This document shows positions 48,016-55,796 of a DNA stretch of 64,000 nucleotides, piece by piece; position 1 is the first letter of the stretch; every line of letters begins with the position of its first letter. The position numbers were made by a program, and so were the translations under genes. The DNA is from an uncultured Phycisphaerales bacterium (GTDB lineage Bacteria; Planctomycetota; Phycisphaerae; Phycisphaerales; UBA1924). The notes beneath the pieces are model-generated. The model was not told the origin of the DNA. It did not search any database and saw only the letters and a list, made by a program, of their open reading frames with translations. Location of the stretch: assembly GCA_937974035.1 (NCBI GenBank), contig CALJIV010000049.1:10638-74637 (forward strand). The letters run 5' to 3'.

Positions 48016-50185
48016 CGTTGCGGTCGGTAAAGGTGACGCGGGCGGTTCGAACACGCTGAACACGCGCCTGCAGCTTCCATGCGTGGACGGGCACTGCCAC
48101 CTCTTCGGCTCAAGCCTCACCACCGCGGACCGCTTCCATGAGTGGTCGCAGGACGGGCAGGTGGTGATCGTGCTCGAAGGGACGAACGGTGCGACGAGCC
48201 AGACCTTCCCCCCCAGCACGCGCGTGAAGACCTGGAAGTTCGTCACGAACCGCGCCTACGGGGGCTGGGTTCCCAACTATCACACGCTCAAGGCCCGGTC
48301 CGTGGCGCAGTGCTCGCAGAAGACCTGGCCGCCGGCGATCGGCAAGGACAACGCCATCGATCTCGGCGTCGGACAGGGCGTGATACTCGACATCGGCCTT
48401 GCCCGCTCCGACACGAAGCTGGCCCGCCTGAGCAGTTTCGCATCGAAGTACAAGGGCCTGGCCCACGCGGCGGGCATCGACGGCGACAACGCCGACGTCT
48501 GCCTGCGGGACGTCTGGCGGCAGGACGCCCGCGCATGCGTCTCGCTGCTGCTGGACCTGGGCTATACGCCGCTGCCGCTGCCGAATGTCAACGCCGTGCT
48601 CTGGGCCGCGGGTCTCACGCCGCGGTGCATGCCCGACCCCGACGGGTTTTATCCGCCGGGCAAGAACTACTTCTGGGGCAAGCGCGAGGGTCTTCAGTAC
48701 ACCGTCGAAGCGCTGGCCGAGGTCGCCGCGCGCTTCCCCGGCGAGGTCTGGGCCTTCGTTCCCTTCGATCCGCGCCGGGCCGTCTGCCCGCCCAAGGGTG
48801 AATCTCGTACGCCGCTTCAGGTCGTGCAGTACGCGCTGGAGCACCTGGGCTTCGCGGGCGTCAAGCTCTACACCCGCTGCGGCTGGATGCCCATGGGCAA
48901 CAGGCTCCTGTACCCCGACAAGGGCGACCAGCTCGACGCCAAGCTCCACGAGCTGTACCGCTACCTCTGCGACAAGGACGTGCCCGTCCTCAACCACACC
49001 AGCCCCACGGGCTTCCCGCCCGCCTTCGCGTTCGAGCTTCCGCTCATCTACCACCAGGGCCACCCCGATATCCCGAGCATGCCCGCCCGTCTTCGCCCCG
49101 GCGAGTACACGGGGAGCATGCAGGCCGAATACTTCGCCGAGACCGCGGCGTGGCTCGCCTGCATCGCCGCCGCGAACTACTGCCATTACATTCAGAACAC
49201 CGTATCTCCCTACGCCTGGGAGCCGGTCCTGAAGGACTACCCCAAGCTCCGCCTCTGCTTTGCGCACAGCGGCGGGCGCGTCAGCGCCGTTGCCAAGTTC
49301 GTCGAGAGCAAGTTCGACCCTGCTCTCTGGGACGAGCTGCAGGCAGAGTGGGGACGCAAGGCCTACGCCTGGGACAACGTCGAGAAGGACTGGACCCGCG
49401 AAACTGGCGGCCCCATCTACGACCTCTACACCAACCCCTGCGTCGCCTCGGGCAAGTGGTTCAAGGACGAGCTCTTCCGCCGCTGCTGCCACTCCTTCGC
49501 CGACGACCTGCTCCAGGGCAAGCTGGATGTCATGAAGCCCGATTGGAGCTACTGGAACAGGTCGACCAGAAGCTACGAGATGCTGTTCGCGGGCGTCGAG
49601 CGCCACTCCATCCTCGGCTACAGCTTCACCAGCGCCAACGAGCTCGTCTCCGTCGGCAAGTTCGAGATGCGCGTCAAGGTGCTTGAGCACATCAACGCCC
49701 TGCTCAAGAACGAATGGGCCCCGTGGCTCAACCAGTGGGCCGCGCGCTACCCCCTCGACTGGTACTCCAAGATCATCGAGCTCTACAAGAACCCCAAGTA
49801 CCCCAACCTCTACAGCGACATCGCCTACTACTCCGGCGAAGAGGAGAAGTGGTTCACGCGCCTGCTCAAGCCCTTCGTGGAGCACGCCCGCAAGGACCCC
49901 AAGGTCGCAGAGCGCACCATCTTCGGCACCGACTGGTGGATGACCGAGATGGACGGCATCAGCCCGCGGACTTTCTGGCGGTGGGTGGAGAAGGTCCTCG
50001 ACGACAAGGAGCCGATGTGGACCACCTGGACGACCTACGCCCCGCTCAACTACCTGAACCTTGAGCCGCGCATGCCCACGATGGAGTCGTGGTTCAAGAA
50101 GTGCAACCCCTCCGCGCAGCTTCCCGTCTGGTGGAGCAGCGTGAAGAAGTACTACGAGCAGAAGCGGGCGAAGTCGCAGAACTGA
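48008..50185 (+). CDS. large amidohydrolase-fold (metal-dependent TIM-barrel hydrolase) protein, 725 aa; candidate T6SS effector
   Basis: An H-x-H motif in CVDGHCHLF lies near the N-terminus. CFAHSGG and FGTDWWM (late His and Asp) follow in the order expected for amidohydrolase-superfamily metal ligands. GTG start overlaps the upstream stop by 8 nt. No signal peptide. Confidence 0.6.
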   Translation: MGDVAVGKGDAGGSNTLNTRLQLPCVDGHCHLFGSSLTTADRFHEWSQDGQVVIVLEGTNGATSQTFPPSTRVKTWKFVTNRAYGGWVPNYHTLKARSVAQCSQKTWPPAIGKDNAIDLGVGQGVILDIGLARSDTKLARLSSFASKYKGLAHAAGIDGDNADVCLRDVWRQDARACVSLLLDLGYTPLPLPNVNAVLWAAGLTPRCMPDPDGFYPPGKNYFWGKREGLQYTVEALAEVAARFPGEVWAFVPFDPRRAVCPPKGESRTPLQVVQYALEHLGFAGVKLYTRCGWMPMGNRLLYPDKGDQLDAKLHELYRYLCDKDVPVLNHTSPTGFPPAFAFELPLIYHQGHPDIPSMPARLRPGEYTGSMQAEYFAETAAWLACIAAANYCHYIQNTVSPYAWEPVLKDYPKLRLCFAHSGGRVSAVAKFVESKFDPALWDELQAEWGRKAYAWDNVEKDWTRETGGPIYDLYTNPCVASGKWFKDELFRRCCHSFADDLLQGKLDVMKPDWSYWNRSTRSYEMLFAGVERHSILGYSFTSANELVSVGKFEMRVKVLEHINALLKNEWAPWLNQWAARYPLDWYSKIIELYKNPKYPNLYSDIAYYSGEEEKWFTRLLKPFVEHARKDPKVAERTIFGTDWWMTEMDGISPRTFWRWVEKVLDDKEPMWTTWTTYAPLNYLNLEPRMPTMESWFKKCNPSAQLPVWWSSVKKYYEQKRAKSQN

Positions 50186-50212
50186 CCCGCGCGGCTTGTC
50201 CGCGCTCTCGCG

Positions 50213-51574
50213 TCAGTACGCCTTCACGATCTCCGCGCCGGGATAGAAGGCTTCCATCATCGAGCGCCAGTCCATCCCCTGGTCGGCCATGCCCTTGGCG
50301 CACCACTGGCACATGCCCACGCCGTGGCCCCAGCCGCGCCCGATGAACCGCACCTGGTCCGCCCACACCTCCGCCTCGAAGTCGCCGCTGTGAACGCGGT
50401 TTTCCTTCGTGATCGGCGGCAGGCCGTTCACCGGGTGGTTCAGCCCGTTGCGGAGCTCCTCGGCCTTGAGCACGAAGGTCCGGCCGCGGTCGTCCGTCAG
50501 CTTGTAGCGGTTCGGCCGCTCCGCCGCGTTGCGCTCCAGCACTTCGATCGCGCGGACGCGCGTGATGCCCGCCACCGGGTGCTCGTTGGCCTTGCCCCAC
50601 GCCCGCAGCCGCTGGTTCACGTCGTCCAGCCGGCGCGTCACTTCCCACCGGTAGAGGCTGGAGCGCTGGCAGTACGCCTGCCGCGGCTGGCCCTGCAGCG
50701 GGCGCGCCTTGTTGAAGGAGTACTCGACGGGCCACACGTCCGCCGCGGAGGCCGGACGCCCGCCGCACTGGCTGCTGTAGTACGCCCGCAGCACCTTGCC
50801 CTCGTAGGTCAGGATCATCCCGCGCGTGGCCTGCACGGCATCCACCGCCACCCGCGCGGTGTAGGAGCCGTACACCTGGTCCGCGGTGGTCGCTTCCACG
50901 TCGAAGGGACGCCGCTCGGCGCGGGCGCGCCCGCGCTCGTGCAGCGCGTACGTGCGCGCCGCCACTGCCTGCGCTTCATTCGTCTGACGCGGCCAGTTGG
51001 GCAGCAGCTCGTGCGTCACCACCCCCGGCAGGTACGCCTCGATGGGCATGGTCACGATCACGTCGAACCGCGAGGGGTTCTCGTTCCACAGCGGGCGGAA
51101 GGTGACGAAGCCGGGGAACTTCGCCCCGTCCACCACCAGCGGCTGCGCCACCGGCGTCAGCGGGTCCGCCTCCGTCGTCATCACTTCAAGCTCGCTCCCG
51201 AAGGGCCACACCTCCCGCTCCCCGGAGCCGTCCAGCACCACCAGCCCGGCGCTCCCGCTCGTCACCGTCAGCGGCGTCCGCAACACCACCGTCTTGCCCG
51301 CCGTTCCAACCTGGCGCGCCACCACACGCTCCGGGCCCGACACCCGCTTCTTCGACGCCCCGCGCTCGACGCGAACGCGCATCTCCGGCTCCTGCCGGAA
51401 GGTCACCGGCGTGGGCGCGGCTTCCTTGCGCACTTCAGGGCCCGCGACCGGCGCGGTCATCTGGCACCCCGGCGTGCCCGCCAGCACGCCCGCAAGCACC
51501 ATCGCCGGCGCCATCCACGCCCAGGGACGGATCACCGAACTCACGCGCTGCACCAGGCCTGTTTCGTTCATCAC
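50213..51574 (-). CDS. spoIID: SpoIID/LytB-domain protein (peptidoglycan-remodelling factor)
   Basis: 453 aa with a signal or lipoprotein-like N-terminus. SpoIID signatures are YYSSQCGGRPASAADVW and GRGWGHGVGMCQWCAKGMA. Confidence 0.85.
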   Translation of the reverse strand: MMNETGLVQRVSSVIRPWAWMAPAMVLAGVLAGTPGCQMTAPVAGPEVRKEAAPTPVTFRQEPEMRVRVERGASKKRVSGPERVVARQVGTAGKTVVLRTPLTVTSGSAGLVVLDGSGEREVWPFGSELEVMTTEADPLTPVAQPLVVDGAKFPGFVTFRPLWNENPSRFDVIVTMPIEAYLPGVVTHELLPNWPRQTNEAQAVAARTYALHERGRARAERRPFDVEATTADQVYGSYTARVAVDAVQATRGMILTYEGKVLRAYYSSQCGGRPASAADVWPVEYSFNKARPLQGQPRQAYCQRSSLYRWEVTRRLDDVNQRLRAWGKANEHPVAGITRVRAIEVLERNAAERPNRYKLTDDRGRTFVLKAEELRNGLNHPVNGLPPITKENRVHSGDFEAEVWADQVRFIGRGWGHGVGMCQWCAKGMADQGMDWRSMMEAFYPGAEIVKAY

Positions 51575-51622
51575 GGCTCTCGAACTTTCCCAGTATGCTC
51601 ACCCTTCGGAAAGGGATTGCCC

Positions 51623-52039
51623 ATGATTCGTCGTCTCTCCGCCGTTGTCTTCATCGCGGCACTGCTCCTTGCTCTGATCGGCTGCCAGAGCCGTCCATCT
51701 CTACCGGAGACAACTTCCGACCCTTACCGCGGCCCGACGCTCACGCTCGACGCCTCCAAGCCCGAGTACGACGTCGTCGTCCAGGCTCCCACGCCGGGAT
51801 GGGTCGTCTCCCTCGACCGCGTCGCCGAGCAGTACCGCCACCACGCCGTCTTCATCTCGCTCCGCCGCCCGAACCCCGGATTCCTCTACCCGCAGGTCGT
51901 CGTCGAGCAGCGCGTCGCCACCACCGTACCAACAACCGGCGCGATCAGGGTCTACGCCCGCATCCTCGACCCAGACGACCGCAGCTCCTCCCGACCCTAC
52001 AGCACCGCCGCCCGCAACGACACCCTCGACGCCCGTTGA
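51623..52039 (+). CDS. lipoprotein (138 aa), unknown function
   Basis: MIRRLSAVVFIAALLLALIGC has a signal peptide and lipobox. The frame is part of the longer track ORF 50324..52039, whose upstream part is antisense shadow of spoIID. Confidence 0.65.
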   Translation: MIRRLSAVVFIAALLLALIGCQSRPSLPETTSDPYRGPTLTLDASKPEYDVVVQAPTPGWVVSLDRVAEQYRHHAVFISLRRPNPGFLYPQVVVEQRVATTVPTTGAIRVYARILDPDDRSSSRPYSTAARNDTLDAR

Positions 52040-52088
52040 TCATTCCCCTGGGCTGGGTGCTGCCGGTGGGGTTCTGTAAGATATCGGC

Positions 52089-53264
52089 GTGGACCCCCGC
52101 ACCTTCGACCTGCTGCGTCTGACGCTGACGCCCGGCCTGGGGCCCATCCTCATCGCGCGCCTGCTCGACCGCTTCGGCAGCCCCTCCGAAGTTTTGCGCA
52201 CAAGCCCCGCCGACCTCGAATCCATCAAGGGTATAGGCCGCGGCAGCGCCGCCAAGATCGCCCAGGGCCTGCGCGCTTCCGAAGCCCTTGCCGCCGAGGA
52301 AGCTGAGCACGCCGCGAAGCTCGGCGTCGAGATCCTCACCATCGATCAGCCCGGCTATCCATCGCTCCTCGCCGAAATCCCTGACGCGCCCCCGATCCTT
52401 TATGTTAAAGGCTCGCTCCAACCCGCCGGCCCCGACCAGTACAGCGTCGGGATCGTGGGCTCACGCCAGTGCTCCGCCTACGGCCTGGAGCAGGCTTCGC
52501 GATTCGGCGGCGTCCTCGCCCGTGCGGGCCTGACCATCATCTCCGGCGGCGCCCGCGGCATCGACACCGCCGCGCACCGCGGCGCGCTCCAGAGCGGCGG
52601 CCGCACCATCGCCGTCCTCGGCTGCGGCCTCGCCCATTGCTACCCACCGGAGAACGAGCTGCTCTTTCAGCAGATTGCCGCGAACGGAGCGGTCATCTCC
52701 GAGCTTCCCCTCAACACCGCCCCCTCGCCGGACAACTTCCCCGCGCGCAACCGCATCATCTCCGGCCTCAGCCTGGGCGTTCTGGTCATCGAGGCCGGCC
52801 ACCGCTCCGGGGCGCTCATCACCGCACGCCTCGCCGCGGAGGAGCACGGGCGTGAGGTCATGGCCCTGCCCGGGCGCGTCGATTCGCCTTACAGCCGCGG
52901 CACGCTGGAGCTGATCAAGATGGGCGGGGCGGCTCTCGTCACCGACCCCGGCGATGTCATCCACGCCCTGGAGTCGCAGGCCCGTCACCAGCACGCCGGC
53001 ACCCACGCCGCGCGCTACACCCCGCCCTCCGACGATGGGCTGTTTGAAAACCCCGACGTCCCCGCGCCTGAACTACCCCCGCCCCCGCCTCCGCTCCCGG
53101 AGCATCACCAACTCATCCTGAACGCCCTCGTCGAACCTAAGACCGTGGAAGAGCTGTGCTTAGAAACGGGTCTCGACCCCGCCCGGCTGAGGATGGAAAT
53201 CACCCTTCTGGAAGTGCAGAAGCGCATCGCCCGGGCGGGCACACGCCTGAAGAGGGTTCGATAA
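52089..53264 (+). CDS. dprA: DNA-processing protein DprA (Smf)
   Basis: 391 aa. VGIVGSRQCSAYGLEQASRFGGVLARAGLTIISGGARGIDTAAHRGAL is the DprA Rossmann core. Confidence 0.92.
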   Translation: MDPRTFDLLRLTLTPGLGPILIARLLDRFGSPSEVLRTSPADLESIKGIGRGSAAKIAQGLRASEALAAEEAEHAAKLGVEILTIDQPGYPSLLAEIPDAPPILYVKGSLQPAGPDQYSVGIVGSRQCSAYGLEQASRFGGVLARAGLTIISGGARGIDTAAHRGALQSGGRTIAVLGCGLAHCYPPENELLFQQIAANGAVISELPLNTAPSPDNFPARNRIISGLSLGVLVIEAGHRSGALITARLAAEEHGREVMALPGRVDSPYSRGTLELIKMGGAALVTDPGDVIHALESQARHQHAGTHAARYTPPSDDGLFENPDVPAPELPPPPPPLPEHHQLILNALVEPKTVEELCLETGLDPARLRMEITLLEVQKRIARAGTRLKRVR

Positions 53265-53389
53265 ACCACCCCTGAGAAGGGCGTGAAGGCACTTCCTGCG
53301 ATTTTGAGGGAACCGAAGGGTCTCCCCACAAGAATCCCAACATAGCCCTTGCAGTGAGGGGCTTGGTATGCTACTGTTACCCGAACAAA

Positions 53390-53409
53390 CCGATCAGAAT
53401 TCTGATCGG
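53390..53409. promoter_or_regulatory. perfect 20-bp palindrome nested inside a second inverted repeat, in the dprA-lexA gap
   Basis: CCGATCAGAATTCTGATCGG is its own reverse complement. It is flanked by ACTGTTA (53373..53379) and TAACAGT (53429..53435). Function is unknown; it could be an operator or an RNA hairpin. Confidence 0.4.
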
Positions 53410-53852
53410 GTCGTCGCCGGAGGCACGATAACAGTGGAGTCAGGTCAGCCCGTGGCGTTCGGGCCCCGCCTGAAGGTTTCTCAGGAAACCAACCATGACG
53501 ATGCTCTCTGCCATCCTGCGACTTGGTCCCGGCGGCGACTACGTGAGCGAGTTTGCCCCCCTGTCGGCGAACTCCTCCAAGCTGGTCCGGTCCATCGCCC
53601 GGGTGTTCACCCCTTCAGCTTCCGTCCCCGCGCCGGCGGACGCGCGCATGCAGCTCGCCCAGCAGGTGGGGCTGCTCGCGGTGCTCGAACGCCGGTTGTC
53701 GAATCAGCGCGCGGCTCTCGCATCGGCGCTCGCACGTCCGCGCCGCTTCCTTTGGAATACCCCCGCTTCGGCGGGCGCAACCTTCGATGCCGGACCCGGG
53801 ACCGGTCCGGTCACACCGCAGACATGGACGTCGCTTCTCGAAAGGCCTTGCC

Positions 53853-54473
53853 ATGAACCTGACACCCAAGCAGCTCCGCATTCTTCAACTGATTCGCGAT
53901 TGGCGCGTGCGCAAGGGGTATTCCCCGACCATGCAAGAACTCGCGGACGAGATCGGGGTCAGCAAGGTAACCGTGTTCGAGCACGTCGAGGCGCTCATCA
54001 AGAAGCAGGCGCTGGTGCGGGAGCCCAACAAGGCTCGCTCTTTGTCCATTGCTGAGGGCATCGCCGTCCCGGACGAGGCCCGCCCGCTCCGCTTCCCGCT
54101 TGTCGGCAAGATCGCCGCGGGCAACCCCATCGAGCGCGTTGCCAACGAGGACGAGATCGACCTCGCCGAGGTCCTCTGCCCGCCCAACCGCGGCACCAAC
54201 TCCACCTTCGCCCTCAAGGTCGAGGGGGACTCCATGCGGGACGAGGGCATCCTCGACGGTGACTTCGTCCTCATCGAGCGCACCCAGGTCGCCAACAACG
54301 GCGACAAGGTGGTGGCGCTCCTGCCCGACGGCTCCACGACCCTCAAGACCTTCTATAAGGAAGAGGATCACATCCGCCTGCAGCCCGCCAACCCTCAGTT
54401 CGAGCCCATCCGGGTCAAGTTCTGCCAGGTGCAGGGCATCGTGAAGGGCGTCGTCCGCCGCTACGGCCGCTGA
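53853..54473 (+). CDS. lexA: LexA repressor
   Basis: 206 aa. MNLTPKQLRILQLIRDW forms the winged-helix N-terminus. VGKIAAGNP marks the cleavage-site region. GDSMRDEGILDGDFV and a later Lys (LKTF) form the S24 peptidase Ser/Lys dyad region. Confidence 0.95.
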   Translation: MNLTPKQLRILQLIRDWRVRKGYSPTMQELADEIGVSKVTVFEHVEALIKKQALVREPNKARSLSIAEGIAVPDEARPLRFPLVGKIAAGNPIERVANEDEIDLAEVLCPPNRGTNSTFALKVEGDSMRDEGILDGDFVLIERTQVANNGDKVVALLPDGSTTLKTFYKEEDHIRLQPANPQFEPIRVKFCQVQGIVKGVVRRYGR

Positions 54474-54502
54474 CGAGTAAACAGACTCAAGTCTTTGAAG
54501 GG

Positions 54503-54535
54503 GGCGGGCTTGAAGGCCCGCCCTTTCTCTTTTTG
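54503..54535 (+). terminator. rho-independent terminator after lexA
   Basis: Stem GGGCGGGC (54503..54510) pairs with GCCCGCCC (54517..54524) around a 6-nt loop, followed by TTTCTCTTTTT. Confidence 0.8.
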
Positions 54536-54590
54536 AAAGCCCTGTTTCCGGGAAGGAAGGCTTTCGGCACGCCATCCAATATCCTCCACC

Positions 54591-55712
54591 GTGCTTCCGA
54601 CCGCCGAGCTGGACTTCGATCTCCCGTCCGATCTCATCGCGGCGACGCCCGCCGAGCCGCGGGACGCCGCGCGCCTGCTTGTGGTCAGCCGCACCGATCC
54701 TTCTCTCCTTGAGCACTGCATCGTCCGCGACCTGCCCCGGTTTCTCCGTCGTGGCGACCTGCTCGTCCTCAACACCTCCCGCGTCATCCCCGCCCGGTTC
54801 GAGGGCCGTCGCAAGGAAACCCACGGCAGACTTCCCGGTCTGTACCTCGGCCCCGCGCCAGCAGCTTCTGATTCCCGCCGCTGGCTGATCTATCTCAAGG
54901 GCGGCCATCTCCGCCCCGGTGTGCGGGTGGTGGTGGGGGATATTGAGTTGGAGTTGCTGGAGCGGTCGGCAGATGAGCCGGGGGCGTGGGTCGCGGCGGT
55001 CCACGGCCCGAGCGCCGACGAGCCCGACGCCGCGGTTCTGGCCCGCGTCGGCATGACCCCGCTGCCGCCCTACATCCTCTCCGCGCGCAAGGCGAAAGGG
55101 CTGGATATCCAGGACGCCTACGACCGCGAGCGATACCAGACGACCTTCGCACACCCGGACGTCACGGTCGGTGGCGGTCCCGGTTCCGTAGCCGCTCCCA
55201 CCGCTGGCCTGCACTTCACCCCGGAGCTGCTCGAACAGCTCCTTGCCCAGGGCGTGGAGCGGGCAACGGTCACGCTTCACGTGGGCTCTGGCACCTTCAA
55301 GCCCATCGAGACGGAGTTCGTCCAGCAGCACAACATCCACGCGGAGCGCTGCGCCATGCCTCCGACAACCGCCGAGGCGATCGTCCGCACCCGGGCCTCC
55401 GGCGGGCGCACCATCGCCGTGGGAACGACCGCCGCCCGCGTGGTGGAGAGCTACGCCGCGTTCGCGGCGGCGAACCAGCCTCTCCCGGCGTCGCTGGACA
55501 CCCGCATTTTCATCACCCCCGGCTATGAGTGGAAGTGGGTGGACGGGATGCTGACCAACTTCCACCTGCCGCGTTCAACGCTGCTGGCGATGGTGGGGTC
55601 GCTGTTTGAGTCCTCTGGCGGGCTCGACCGGCTGAAGGCGATTTATGCGGAGGCGATCCGCGAGCGCTACCGCTTCTTCAGCTACGGAGACGCCATGCTG
55701 ATCCTGCCCTGA
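54591..55712 (+). CDS. queA: S-adenosylmethionine:tRNA ribosyltransferase-isomerase QueA
   Basis: 373 aa with GTG start. Motifs: LDFDLPSDLIAATPAEPRDAARLLV, LLVLNTSRVIPARF, PTAGLHFT, VTLHVGSGTFKPI. Confidence 0.93.
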   Translation: MLPTAELDFDLPSDLIAATPAEPRDAARLLVVSRTDPSLLEHCIVRDLPRFLRRGDLLVLNTSRVIPARFEGRRKETHGRLPGLYLGPAPAASDSRRWLIYLKGGHLRPGVRVVVGDIELELLERSADEPGAWVAAVHGPSADEPDAAVLARVGMTPLPPYILSARKAKGLDIQDAYDRERYQTTFAHPDVTVGGGPGSVAAPTAGLHFTPELLEQLLAQGVERATVTLHVGSGTFKPIETEFVQQHNIHAERCAMPPTTAEAIVRTRASGGRTIAVGTTAARVVESYAAFAAANQPLPASLDTRIFITPGYEWKWVDGMLTNFHLPRSTLLAMVGSLFESSGGLDRLKAIYAEAIRERYRFFSYGDAMLILP

Positions 55713-55796
55713 CCCGGCCGGGGTGGGGCCAGCAACCCGATTGATCCCTCGCGTACGCTTGTGCCGATCTTTGGGGCACGGAGGGCCGTCCGGGTC

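Noticed and set aside
53371-53386. Canonical E. coli-type SOS box (CTGT-N8-ACAG) in TACTGTTACCCGAACA, or a Cheo-type box in CGAACAAACCGATC, upstream of lexA
   Set aside because: The right half-sites are missing: CAAA instead of ACAG, and CGAT instead of GTTC. Only the distant TAACAGT arm completes the symmetry, so this is reported as a nested inverted repeat and not as a known LexA box.
53265-53852. Possible tRNA, tmRNA, RNase P, SRP or 6S RNA in the long dprA-lexA gap
   Set aside because: I could not find the conserved cores. There is no GGTTCGAATCC-like T-loop with an acceptor stem, no GAGGAAAGTCC for RNase P, and no GGAAGCAGCC for SRP. There is only a loose CAGGTCAG match. A covariance-model scan would be needed to be sure.
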